NCBI GenBank assembly: GCA_002269645.1
Contig: NIVC01000740.1
Span: 195,275 to 259,274, forward strand
Source: Macrostomum lignano
Lineage: Eukaryota
Direction of reading: 5' to 3'
Length of the DNA: 64,000 nt
In this document: in pieces, positions 37,607 to 51,754 of the stretch
Layout of the letters: each line of letters begins with the position of its first letter
Position numbering within the stretch: the first letter of the stretch is position 1
The notes under the pieces: generated by a model
What the model was told of the DNA's origin: nothing
Database searches by the model: none
Seen by the model: only the letters and a program-made list of their open reading frames with translations
Position numbers and translations under genes: made by a program

Positions 37607-40600
37607 TAGAGGTCGGACGGGATCCCGATCCCGATCCCGAAACCTCGGGATCCCGAGGAAAATTGGATTCCCGCGGGATCGGGATCCCGACCCTAAAAAA
37701 AACGGGAATCGGGAACAGGTCCTTTGGTTCCAAATTTGTAGAATTGATGATTGCTTTCATGCATTTTGTTTTACTTGTACTTGTTACATCGTTACTTTTT
37801 TGGTTACAAAACTTTGCATTCATTCTCTCGTGTTTTACCTCTTGATCTTAACATTGTTAAAGTTATAAATATTCCATTGATATTTACAAACTTTGTAGAA
37901 CATATAAATCAAATCGGATTAGTATGCATGGTTGCGCAATGATTAGTGAATAGAAATTACAGAAGCTCAATACATGCGCAATCTCTGCTGCGATTAAAAT
38001 TTGATCACTCCCTTTTCACTCCATTATAAGAACACAAAAACTTTTTTTTCTCCCTTATTTTAGCACGTCTAGGCCTGTGATTGTGTGCGCAAAGGTTATA
38101 TAACTTGCGCAATCGTTTATTAATTTATTTTCACTGTTTCAGTTTCATCATTTTTGGGCGTGAAATCTGAGGCGTGAATTCAGTAGTTAGTGTTAACACA
38201 TGTTGCTTGTAATGTTGTATCTTAAATAGCTTTTTACTTTTTGTGTAATGTAAATAATGTTTTTTTAAATGTTATGATCGTTTGTTTTATTTTTAATTGC
38301 TAAAATAAAATAAATAAACCGAATGTCTTTAGACAGGATTTACATCAATATTTTCCATTCCAAATGCTTTCCAATTACTTAACAAATCACTTATCAAGTC
38401 ATCATTAATTCATTCATCAGTCGTTGTGCAGGTGGAAAGTTGCAAACTTCTGTTGTTTATTTCTCAATAAAAAGGCAGTCGGTGGATGCTACAAAAATGG
38501 TACATGTACATTTACGAGTGTAACTTCCTGATTTGCCTCACAGAGATGGAGATCTTAGTGATATGGATAACGTGAGTGCCATCGGCAGAAACTGTTCGCT
38601 TTAAACAAGCAACAAAAAACAGGATATAAGAAAGCACAACAGCAGACAAAGTAGGCAATATTTTACTTTTGCACGTTTAATTATTTTACTTTGAATTAGT
38701 GTTGAAGTAGGACATCGTGATCCACCTTACAAATATAGATAAATTGTGTTATATTTTAAAAGGCTAAAATTTCATATCACTTTCTATCAAATCTACAAAT
38801 TTGTTAAATGTTTAAGGAATAAGGTCCTCAGGGATTTTATATTGCTTTTTATAATGTGGATCGCAACTTCCTTTTTAGCGCCAATCTAAATTGAAAAAGT
38901 AACTGCGTAAGCCGTAAAGTAAAAAATGCCTAAAAATCCGTAACAAACGTCTCTAGCATTGGCAAAGTGCATCTTCGAAATTATTTTCCGGCATTGAAGT
39001 CAACAAATGGCAAATTAATCTTACACAAAACAATCTTTTCTAGCGAATCAGGTGACAGAGAAGCCCGCCTATCTGAGAAAACATTTCCAGCAATACTAAA
39101 TAGCCTTTCACTAGAAACGCTAGATGCAGGAATGCAAAATAGTTTTTTCACTAAGGGAATAATCGAAGTCCGAAGCCTTTCAGTTGCCTTTGTAGACCAG
39201 TAGATAAGTGGATCACTACTGGCTGGCTCCAGTTTTGAGGTTAGAAACTCCGTCAACAGCTCTTCAATGCAGCTGCTGGGCTGCAGCACTGAGTTGGCAT
39301 TAAAATTACTGAACAGATCGTCCAGAAGACGGCGCTTTGGAGGAGGGGGCTGGTCAAAAGCTTCCCTCGTGCATTCATCATCCTCTGGAGAAGGCGAACT
39401 TGCAAAGTTGCCATTGCCAGAAGTTACTTCTTGTTCTTGTCTACTATTATGACCAGTGACAGTAGTAGTCGTAGAACAGAATTCTAACACAATCTTCTTC
39501 TTCTGGTCTCTCTCAGCAGCAGGGAAAAAAGCAAGCTTGTAACGCGGATCCAGGGCTGTTGCCAGGATGCAGTCCAATCTGATAGGGATGTCAGAAAATC
39601 GCGAATTGACACCACGTACCAGTGAATCAAACAGCGACCTCACACCCGAAATTGCATCCTTATCGAGTGCTGCTTTTTCGAGAAACTTTTGCAACAGTGC
39701 AACCATTGGAATCAAATATGAGATGCTGGTTGACTCTTTGCTAACTTCCAGAGTTAGCTCTTCAAAAATTGAAAGCAGATTAACTACTTTTTCGATTATG
39801 GTAAATTCATTGCTCGAAATTTCTTCGAAATCCGATCGATCAGCAACGAAGGCAGAGATAGCACTTCGCTGTTCCAAAACTCTTTGCAGCATGTGTAATG
39901 TAGAGTTCCAACGAGTTGGAACATCACACTTGAGCTTGTGCTGTGGCAGCTCCAATGCTTTCTGAAGCTTTTCAAATCGGCCTTGAGATGTTGTTGAATG
40001 GTGCATGGAGCTAACAAAGCGTCGGCATTTGCCTATAATTGCCTCAACACACGGTTGCTGCTTAAGTGCATCTTGCACAATCAGATTCAACTTGTGAGCT
40101 GCACAGCTCACACTTCCTCCGATATTCTCCGAGAAATTGGAGTCAGCAGTAGCACCATTGGCTGAAGAAGGTAGCATTGTGCGCACTGCCTTCAGCATGT
40201 TAGCAGCATTGTCAGTAACAATTGCTATTGTTTTACTTTCGATACGCCAGTCAGCGAAAATCTCAGTCAGCACATTTGCAATGTTAGAAGAAGTGTGAAC
40301 TTCAATCAGATGTTGCATAGCCAGTGTTGTGCTAAATCTCTCTAGCTTGCAGACTTGAGCTTGGGTGTTGTCGTTGCAACAATCAGCCTCAGAGACGGAA
40401 AGCATTTCTTTGATTCCGTGGACTGTGAGTCCAAGGAAGGACAGGCCTTTTTCAGACCAAATGTCACAGGTAACTGCCACTGAGGTCAAGTCGTCAAGCT
40501 GCTGCCTGATGTTCTTCTTGGCACAGTTGTACACATCATTGAGCTTTTCGCGGTAAAATTTTTCAGACTTAATTGTATACTGTGGTGATGCAATCTTCAT

Positions 40601-42938
40601 CAGGCCTTGAAATCCTGCTTCTTGAACCATGGTCCATGGTTGACCATCCAACAATATCATACGAACAATTGCTAAGTCAAGTTCCTTTGACCTGGAATCC
40701 TCGATGTCCCATGGACGGCTTTTCTTAATTGATTGTTGCAATGTTGGCTGGAAAAGCCCTTCAGCTTTTGAGCTCTCCTTCAGTTTCTGGCTGTCTCTCT
40801 GCTGTTTAATTTGTTGGAGCTCTTCATATAAGTCCTTATGGCATGATTGTAAATGGCGAAGAGCCCCACTTGTAGATCCAGTGGAACACAGTAACATTTT
40901 TCCACAACCTGGGCTTAAGCATTTAGCAAAATCTTGTCCATTGTGCACTTCCTTTTTAAAAAAGCGCCAGACTGGACTTGAGTTTATACCAGACATTAGG
41001 TTGATAACTTGATGTTAATTTGACTTGTATATGGTGTAGCACGTGTGCTGAAAATGGAAAATGATGAAACATTAGTTATACATGTTTACAATCTACATTA
41101 TAAGAAAATATATAAAAAATATAGGCACCTAATGGTTTTATAATTATTTTTATAGTTTGTTACTGAAAGTACTAAACATAAATAGTTTAAATCAAATGGC
41201 AATAAACTAGGCCTATTTAGTGACTAGTAATGATAATGAGATAATAATAGCAAGTTGATTGTTGAATAATAAAAAATTCACTGAATTATTTGAATAAAAA
41301 CTATAGATTGAAAAATGAAATAGCATGCTACGCTAGGATATTCAATGCCTATGCCCTTATTCACTATTTTTTCAATAAGATTTTTAGAGACATTAAATAC
41401 AGGACAAAGGCCTAGTATTATTCTAAGGAATAGGCTAGATTACGTTAAAATCAATTGAAGAATTTAATTACAAAAATAATAATCAAACTGAACTCCTAAC
41501 TCTATTCTATTAAATAATTCTTAATATTGACTTGACAATAAGTCAGAAAATTTTGAAATTCAAACAAATAGTCACACAAAAAGACAAGTGATAAAATCAA
41601 AAAAATTGCAAAAAGGTCTCTACTCTATATAACATATTGATAAAAAACATTTGCAAAATTAAAAGTATTAAATTTATTTAACAGATTAAATCCCATTTTT
41701 TAAAAATAAATCTTTTTGATAAAAAAGAATTTTTTTATTGACAAATAAGCTACAATTTATACTACAATTTATTCTGTTATTGATGAATAGAATACAATTG
41801 ATTAAGTCAATTGTCATTGAACATAGTGATAATGAAGTAACCACTTTATCTAATCTGGCATATTTCTAGCTAGCTAACTTTAACTTTTTTTGCATTTTTT
41901 GTTAATAAACACTAAATAGTTTTCAATGGAATATACACCATCACCATACTGCTATATAGTATATGCTATGAACGTTCAATAAATTATTTTGACTTCAAAT
42001 TTGTGCTTAGCAAACAGTTCTAAGAATTCCCATAGTGAAACAAACACAAATAACTAATAATTTCAAAATTTGTAGCCAAAATAATTTGTTGATTTCAGGT
42101 ATCAATTATAAACAAATTATATATGTACTAAATATACAATCTACATTTGCTTGTTTGTAACGGTTGACAGACTTGAAATTCTTGACCATCATTATTACGA
42201 AATGCAAATAAATATAGAAATTTACAATCCTATATACTAAAAATGAGTTGATTGTTTGTACGCACCACGCAATCGATTAGAGAAAAACTGGCTGGATTTT
42301 CTCTTTTACTTTTACTTTTACTTCTACTTTTTTCAATTTTTTTTTCAGTTGATATATAAACTTGATAATTAACATAATATCGTGTCTATTATGTTAATTA
42401 TTGAAAGTCCCAAGCAATCAGTTTCAGCATCAGTTTCAATTTTTCTAGCTTTCTATGCTAAAATATTTTAGGCCAAGGTTTATACATTCCATATATACTA
42501 CATTTTTTCTCTATTTATTTAATTTATAAAATATATTAATTTAAAAGTAAAAACATTAATTGTCTAATGTCTGTGTACTGTACATACATTACTATCTATA
42601 TAATTATTTTTATATTATTTACTTAAAGGAAATTGATTAGGACTTTTTTATTATAAATTCAAAAGTTTCTATTTATATGCATTTAAATATATTAATAGTA
42701 ATTATAAATAATAAAGCATAAACTTAAGAGCCTAGACAAATTTTTGTTTATGTTATATTGTGTATCTATTCTTTATAGCTGTATATGAATATACAAATAT
42801 ACAAACTACGGCTACGGTATATTTTAACTTTAAAGACCTGATCCCGATTCCCGAATCCCGATCCCGATCCCGATCCCGAGAAAAAAATTATTCCCGATCC
42901 CGATCCCGCCCGAAGATTTCAATCCCGTCCGACCTCTA
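37607..42938 (-). mobile_element. Full-length hAT DNA transposon (5332 bp)
   Basis: 17-bp perfect TIR TAGAGGTCGGACGGGAT, perfect 8-bp TSD ATTGGGAT (37599-37606 and 42939-42946), subterminal GATCCC repeats and an intact transposase. Confidence 0.97.
38981..40996 (-). CDS. hAT transposase with N-terminal BED zinc finger, 671 aa
   Basis: BED finger (VWRFF...AKCLSPGC...LRHLQSCH), catalytic motifs TCDIWS, VTDNAANM, CAAH and SERLFS, and the C-terminal dimerisation region. No stops. Confidence 0.95.
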   Translation of the reverse strand: MSGINSSPVWRFFKKEVHNGQDFAKCLSPGCGKMLLCSTGSTSGALRHLQSCHKDLYEELQQIKQQRDSQKLKESSKAEGLFQPTLQQSIKKSRPWDIEDSRSKELDLAIVRMILLDGQPWTMVQEAGFQGLMKIASPQYTIKSEKFYREKLNDVYNCAKKNIRQQLDDLTSVAVTCDIWSEKGLSFLGLTVHGIKEMLSVSEADCCNDNTQAQVCKLERFSTTLAMQHLIEVHTSSNIANVLTEIFADWRIESKTIAIVTDNAANMLKAVRTMLPSSANGATADSNFSENIGGSVSCAAHKLNLIVQDALKQQPCVEAIIGKCRRFVSSMHHSTTSQGRFEKLQKALELPQHKLKCDVPTRWNSTLHMLQRVLEQRSAISAFVADRSDFEEISSNEFTIIEKVVNLLSIFEELTLEVSKESTSISYLIPMVALLQKFLEKAALDKDAISGVRSLFDSLVRGVNSRFSDIPIRLDCILATALDPRYKLAFFPAAERDQKKKIVLEFCSTTTTVTGHNSRQEQEVTSGNGNFASSPSPEDDECTREAFDQPPPPKRRLLDDLFSNFNANSVLQPSSCIEELLTEFLTSKLEPASSDPLIYWSTKATERLRTSIIPLVKKLFCIPASSVSSERLFSIAGNVFSDRRASLSPDSLEKIVLCKINLPFVDFNAGK

Positions 42939-43999
42939 ATTGGGATCTCATCCAACGGTCCAGTGTTGCCACTACCTGCATTTTTAATGCAGCTACATTT
43001 TTTTAGCTTTGGTTCTGCATTGTGCGATAATTTTTTCACCAGATGTAATATCTGCATTTTTTCTTATTATATACACCGTACCTATCCTTTTTCATGATTA
43101 TAAATAAACAAGCCCAGTTGGTAGTCAAATTTTGACTCTGTTTTATACTTGTCTTTTTAATTTTAAGTAACATTTTTGGTATCTAGCAGTCAGCAAAATG
43201 ATAATTTGTTTTATTTAATGCTATTACTCTCACTTAAAGCAAAAATTAATTAATCCTTTCCATATATTTCAGTGTCCTTATTTTGCAAATCAAACTACTG
43301 TTGCAGCCAAGTGCCAATGATAATACCAAATAGCAAAGTACCTAGTAAAAGCCACCAAACTCTTTTCAAGAGAGCTGGATTAAGAAATTGAATGCATAGA
43401 CTTGGTTTCAAAAAGGCGAAACCCCAACAATTGCTTCATGCTCAGCCTGCAACGATGCCAAAATATCTGTGGCCCAAGCAGGCATTCAAGCTCTGCATTA
43501 GCACAAGAAGGGCACTAAGCACATTGTTGCTGTTGCTGTTACCATGAAGTTGCAGCACTCTATCAAGCATTTTTGCCAGGATCCTAGTCATTTCGTCAAC
43601 TGCCATTTCGTCAACTGGACACATCGTCAACCCGTTCCCCATATTGGTCGTTTCGTCAACCAACCAATAGGATACTTTCAAAGCTTGGTTATTTCGTCAA
43701 CTGTTCAATGGGACGATGTCAACTTTTGGTCACTTCGTCAACTGCCAATAATACACGCCCCGCATGCAGCCCTCCTCCTTTCTCATTCTGGGCTTGGGAC
43801 CAGACAATGGCGGAGTTACTGCCACAAAGATGCAGTTTGTATGGTAAAAAAAGGAAAATGCATTGCACAAAATCACAAAGATCACAAAGGCCACCACAAA
43901 GGTCACAATCAAATATAAAGCTGAAGATATGCGCAGAGTGTACAGTACACTTATCCACTTCTACACTGTATACACTAATACCTATATACACTTTAGGTA

Positions 44000-44003
44000 C
44001 TAG

Positions 44004-44036
<33 letters not shown>

Positions 44037-45467
44037 TGTTGCCGCTGTCTGTACGCAAACTGGGGAACGTGGCCGAGGCGCGAGCACCGGAGCAGGAATG
44101 CACGGATTGACAACTCACCAGTGCGGTACTGCGCCCAGTACCGCTCCACACTCGTTTGCAGACGCTCGTACCGTGCTCTGTGCTGGCGCTCCTGAGCACC
44201 CTGGTTCACCAGCGCGGCATGCACTGGCACAAGCTTGGCCTCCATGTGCAGCAGGTGCAGGAGTGGGTAGAGTGTCAACTGCACTCTCTCGGCCCGCTGC
44301 TCGAGTCTCCGGTGCCAGCCCTCGACCTCGTTGTTGGTACGTATTGACTGGCAGTACACACTGACTTCGTGGACTCCGTGGACCGGGTTCGACAGCCAGG
44401 TTGCGCTCACGTACTCGGCCAGGTCCAGCAGCAGCGGCGCGTGCACACCAGCAACGATCTGCGCCAGACCCTCGCCCATGTGCTCGGCCGGCAGGTAGGG
44501 GAGCGCCATGAGCATGCGAGCGAAGTCGCGGGTGCCAGGATCTGTCAGATAGGCCTGCTGCAGGCCCAGGTGCTGCAAGCGACGAAATATCGCCTGCGCG
44601 AAGTGAAACAGGCAGCCCTGGAACCTTGCAGCCGGAAACACGGACCGTAAAGCCTGCCATGCCGCAGCTTCGAAGTCCATGACACAGACCTCCGGCGTCG
44701 AGTTGCCCAGTCCCTGTTTCAGTGCAGAGAAGACAGCAGTGTAGTCATTTACCGACTTACCTGACATTAGTGCGAAAGCCAGAGGAACCTGCTTGATTGT
44801 CGTTCCCTGTCGGATGTAGCAGTGCACCGAGTACAGCTGTTTGAAGGGGGCATGAACGACATCGAAGGTGCCGTCCAGAAACCACAATCTGCGGGAGACA
44901 AGCAACTCGATCTGGTTGGATGTGTAAAGAAGCAGATGACGCTTACCTGAGCCTTCGACTCGGACATCGCTGCGGAGAAAATTCGGAGGCAGATGATCCA
45001 AGGCCAGTGCAAACTGGAGGTCGACTGGAGGCTGCGGGCGCCCAACCTCACGAGACCGATTGGCGATGCGCACCAGCTGATTGATTGGGCCAATGTGCCC
45101 GGTCTCCAGCAACTTCGCCTCCACGATTGCTGCAGCCGATCTCCACCGCAGGCTCCGCCGCAGGCTCCGCCGCAGGCTCCGCCGCAGGCTCCGCCGCAGG
45201 CTCCGCCGCAGGCTCCGCCGCAGGCTCCGCCGCAGGCTCCGCCGCAGGCTCCGCCGCAGGCTCCGCCGCAGGCTCCGCCGCTGGTCTTGCCTGACAAGTG
45301 GCACACGACCATACAAACACGTCCTGCCGCATAAGCTGCCTGTACTCTGCTTGTGAGATTCTAGTCCCACAAGTTCGATGTTGCCACTTTTGGCATGAAT
45401 CGCACTGTATGGCCTGTTGACGTGGCCGCACAGTCTCTGAGCACTGAATACACTTATCAGTCTCCAT
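44000..45467 (-). pseudogene. PHD finger + MULE transposase, frameshifted after a 12-bp repeat
   Basis: ATG at 45467 gives C4HC3 PHD (CIQC...CDSCQKWQHRTC...WSCATC). After the (PAAE)n repeat the frame switches to the transposase with WFLDGTF, CVMDFE, GCLFHF and RTNNEVEGWH. Confidence 0.85.
45145..45280. repeat. 12-bp tandem repeat (gcaggctccgcc)n inside the MULE ORF
   Basis: About 11 units. Confidence 0.95.
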
Positions 45468-45709
45468 CCAAAGATGTAAAAATTGAGTGGCCCTCCTGAA
45501 ACCCTACTCCATTATATAGTGTTTGAGGAGGTTGCAGTGTCAGGTTTAAAGTATTTTGGATTGGTTTGGCTGGTGGGGTTGTTGAGACATGATAGTTGGG
45601 GATAAGACCTGGTGCCAATTCGCACCTCACAAGAACCTGCCTATACCCCTCCCCTCCGACACCGACACACTTGGTGATTGAAACCAAGACCAAGATAGGG
45701 CGCACGAGC

Positions 45710-46035
45710 TAGGGCGCACATTGACAGCTTGGGGGGGGAGTGGGTGCGAAGATGGATTGAGAGAACAGGTGTCAACGCGAGGGGCGCTGGTTCAAGTAAA
45801 AGAGACAGGGCGCACATTGACAGCTTGGGGGGGGGTGGGTGCGAGGATGGATTGAGAGAACAGGTGTCAACGCAAGGGGCGCTGGTTCAAGTTACAGAGA
45901 CAGGGCACGTTGTCAGTTTGGGGGGTGGGTGCGAAGATGGATTGAGAGAACAGGTGTCAGCGCAAGGGGCCCTGATTCAAGTTACAGAGATAGGGCACGT
46001 TGACAGTTTGGGGGTGGGTGCGAAGATGGATTGAG
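45710..46035. repeat. ~96-bp direct repeats (3-4 copies) in the MULE 5' region
   Basis: gggcgcacattgacagcttggggg...ggattgagagaacaggtgtc recurs at ~45712, 45808, 45904 and 45993. Confidence 0.85.
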
Positions 46036-47639
46036 AGATTAAGTCAGTTGGTTCATCGGTGGTTCTTTTTGTGGTGAATTCAGAAGTAGTCGAAGAAGAA
46101 GGTGGAAAGCGTGAAAGATCGATCTTGCCTTTGTAGCGGCATGCTTGCTGCATATGTATACAAATTAATAGAGAACGTTCCGGAAAATCTGGGAGTTTCT
46201 GGGATAATACCCGATAATAACAAAGGTAATAAGCGGATATGACATGCGTTAGTTGATGTACATGTTATGACATTTGCAAACTGTAGACGAAGTAACTAAC
46301 ATTCTCAGGTCATTTCGTCAACTGACTAATGAACCAATCTAAAACCTTGGTCATTTCGTCAACTGCAAGTGAGACCACCTTAAAATGTTAGTCAATTCGT
46401 CAACCCAGTTGACGAACTAGCAGTTGACGAAATGACCAGCACCCTTTTGCCAAGCCCCTGGCTGAAAAGGTTGATGCAGCTAAGCCAGCTGATCAAGTTA
46501 TGGAAGCTGAGCTTTGTTGATGTCTCTATCTGTGCAAAACAAATACCACAATCAATTTGCAGGATCATTTGGCCCATCTTTTTGATCAAATGTTTCCAGA
46601 CAGCCAAATTGCTAAAAGAGGACCTGCAGTTGAACAAAGCTATTGACATTGTACCTTCTTGTTCATGCCATGGATCCATTCTTCCAGAAAAGTCTGGTAG
46701 AACTGCTGAAAACGACACCAAAACAACACTAGGCCTACTATGTCTATCATGCCTATAATGTATATGTCATTAGGCCTACTATGTATATAAATTATTTAAT
46801 AAGTCAGTTCTTTAGGTCTCTGCCTCAGGGATTAAGTTAATATAAACATTTTTGGGTAGGATGTTGGCATAGACCTTAGTCCTATACCTAAAATAAGTCA
46901 TCGTAGTAGTAGTAGTAGTAGTAAGTTTGGCTCAGGCAAGAAGCCTATTTGGCTAATATATTTCAATGTTATTTAATAAATTTCAATAAATCACACTGAA
47001 TAGTAATTCAAGAGAGAAGGATGGAGTTTTGCAATAATATGTAATGTATCTTTATATCTATTTTAAAAGTAATCATATTTTGTACTTATTTTAAATTGTG
47101 CATTGTTTGTACTTGTATTCTATTTATATTTTACTGTACTTTTTACTGTATGTATTTATGTTTATTTTGCTGGACAGTTTAAAATAAAGCTTGTTTTAAT
47201 GACTAATAATTAACTAATGTAAATATGAGTCATCGTTTTTTGTAAGAGTTCGCCGCTCTAATTTGGCATTGGAACTCTGGTCTCGACTGACGATTCAAAT
47301 ATTCAAATGGGACTTCTCGGTAAATTTATTACAAATATAGTATTTGAAAGAGCACCAAATTTTTCTACGAAACTTTAAACGATCTTTAACGACTAACAAA
47401 GCAAAAAGTAAGAAATTAAAAAACAAGTATTGTATGAAATTGATGTATAGCAATTCGATTGATCCCGTAGGTAATGAAAAATAAGTTGGCGTCACTAGGG
47501 GAGCGCATAGATGCTGGCAGGGAGACAGGATTTCAATACTAATCTCCGGCTTAAGCCAAAAAAGTTCTGCAACGTCAAAACGAAATGCAAATAGGTATTG
47601 ATCAGACAATAGCAAAAATCAAATGTAAGGATTGTTGGC

Positions 47640-48000
47640 AATTCTGTCTGTGTCTGTGTCTGTGTGTCTGTGGACAATTTTGATCGTGTCTGTGTGTCTG
47701 TCTGTCTGTGTGTCTGTGGACAATTTTGATCGCTATGGACTCCCAAACCGCTCAACCAAATGACACCAAACTTTACACCCACCCTAAACTTACTACGGAG
47801 AATGTCTTAGGCTACCTTTAAATTTCCTAGACTCAAGTCTTCCTACCTAAAAGTACAAAAAACTGCTCAAAATGCGCGATTTTTTTCACTTAATTCTCCA
47901 TAGCGCCGCTCCACTTCTACCGATTCTCTTCAAATTTGATACAGGCAATTTTCAACTATTTTGACACAATCATGTAAAATTTCGAGTCTCAAAGTTAATC
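47640..48000. mobile_element. Possible DINE-1/Helentron-type non-autonomous element fragment
   Basis: A TCTG/TGTG microsatellite is followed by aaaccgctcaaccaaatgacaccaaacttt, a motif style typical of such elements. Ends not defined. Confidence 0.3.
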
Positions 48001-48830
48001 CTGAGCGGTGCTGTGCACTTTTAAAGTTAGGCTGTTTTTTTCAGCGTAGCAACCACCCCAACCTCCGCCCGCCTGCCTCTCTTTCCCGATCCCGATCTGG
48101 GCCCAGATGTGTAAAAGGGTTTCAAAATTGACTAACTTTCAGCTGCCATAAGTTTGCTCCACGTAAAGCGATTGACTTCAAACTTGACACAATTCTTCAT
48201 TGACTCATTCTCTGTTTAAATGTAAAGTTTTAACTCTGTAACTCAACCGAAAAAGAAACTGTAAGCATGTGAAGTTTGTCTGCTTTTTCTGTTGTTTGTG
48301 CCACTCACTCACTCATTCCCCCAGCTCAGACGAAGGGTCAGGCGATAGGACTGAATGTACATAGCGATTGTACAGTGTTTTGGAATAACTTTATTTATAA
48401 CCTTCTCTGCACCCCGAGAGTAGAGAGGCTACGTTTAGCCATAACAGTTTAGTGAGAAATTCTAACTACTGCCCTCCCCTCTGTATTGGCAAACTCTGCA
48501 GCAGTTAACACTGGATGGCAATTGGCAAATCGAGGGAATCCAGCATGGTTTGTAAAAGCGAAAGATTTATAAAAAGGCGATGCGATGCAATGCAATACAA
48601 CCCTACTAAATTAGGCACACCATGGAAATTTTAAGTTTCTCTTAAAAGTACTTTGAAATTTAAATGGCCTAAGAAATGCGTATTTCCTTGGTTGTTAGAC
48701 TGATGCAGACTGCAGTGGAGCTGAAGATACACAAATTCCTTTCAGGGCTGCAAATTGGCAAGAAAGATGACGTGATCAAAGCATGAGAATAACGATGAGA
48801 GTAGTACGTCCCACAAGCTGGCTTTCGAAG

Positions 48831-50527
<1,697 letters not shown>

Positions 50528-51754
50528 TTTTAGAGTCAGACAGACATTGCCTGACATTCTGTGCAGTACCCCAGCCAACAATATCAATGTTTGCCTCAAA
50601 TCCTAATTTTACACAAATGTGCTCCATTTTATGTCTACCTCTATCCTTACTAACTATTAACAAGTTTTTGTTTGTGTATGACCTTAGATTTCAGAATACA
50701 TGCAAAAGTAGTTCCGGGGATTGAAATTCCCCGGGTTCAAAATCTGCGGGTTTCAACAGCTTGTCTATTAATAAAAAAGATTAATAAATTAAAAAATTAA
50801 TAATTTTTATTTTTATTAAAACTTAAACGAGAGCAAGCTTTGTGAATGATGTAATATGAGCTGCCTACTAGAGCTACGCACAAAGCGGTTTGCACTCGTA
50901 CATTTAACAATCAGCCGATCTCATGAGTAAATGTATATGTCTCATGATTTCCTCATCGTATCCAACTGAAGATGATGATCCTAATGTGAAGAGCAGTCCT
51001 TGATGTGAGACTCGGTTGGCATGCTGACTGTCTTTGTTTCAAAATGAGGCCTAAAACTCGAAGATCGTCTATCTCCTCCTGAGAAAAATGCTGGCCTTAT
51101 AGCTGGGCGAGGCCGGCTGGGGCGGGTCCATGAGATTTGCCCTTGAGCGAATTGCCCGCCGATATTTGCCCGCCGAGATTTGCCCGATTTGCACGCAATT
51201 TACATGTAGTGCTATCTTAGACGGCGAAAGGGCAGGAATGAGTCAATTAGAGTTAGTCTATAGGGATCTTGAAGGCTTTAATCTTCTGGATCAGCTCTAT
51301 GGCGACAAGTTGACAAATTTCAGGCCAAAAGCGAGAAAGCACATGCACATGTATTTCTGAGAGTTCAATGTACTTCGTACGAGTAATAGTGCATCCAGCG
51401 GAGAGACTCCTCAGCGCAGGAACCCCTGGAAAGTCTTCTCTGTCCCTGCATGGACACGACAACCCCCTGGCCGATTTTCGTGCACAAGCCTCAAATGAAT
51501 GTGTGACCGCGGGCACGGAATTGAACGAATTAGGGTCCGCCTCTCAATTACAGTAGCTATATGTACAGATACATGCGCCAGAAAGTTTTCATCCATGAAA
51601 TGTTTGGCTATATGAAGTCCTGGCTTGCTAATCTGTCCAATTTAATAAATGATTGAGCATGCATTGATTAATCAGTCGACAAGGCGCTCTGGAGAAACGG
51701 GAAGTCTGCAAAGTCACAGCGTCACTGCGAGGGAGCTCCACTCGCAGTCATCGA

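Larger units (their letters stand above)
43579..46444 (-). mobile_element. MULE (Mutator-like) DNA transposon with PHD finger, internally deleted
   Basis: Imperfect TIRs GGATCCTAGTCATTTCGTCAAC / GGGTGCTGGTCATTTCGTCAAC, repeated TTTCGTCAAC subterminal motifs, and TSD TTTTGCCA (43571-43578 and 46445-46452). Confidence 0.9.
43400..46720 (+). pseudogene. Fossil hAT-like transposase split by the MULE insertion (43400-43578 and 46445-46720)
   Basis: ISVAQAGIQALH*HKKGTKH lies before the MULE and QDHLAHLFDQMFPDSQIAK after it, with internal stops. Confidence 0.55.

Noticed and set aside
51368-51556. HPAERLLSA resembling a sulfotransferase PAPS-binding motif
   Set aside because: It is an isolated short match with no flanking domain or supporting exons.
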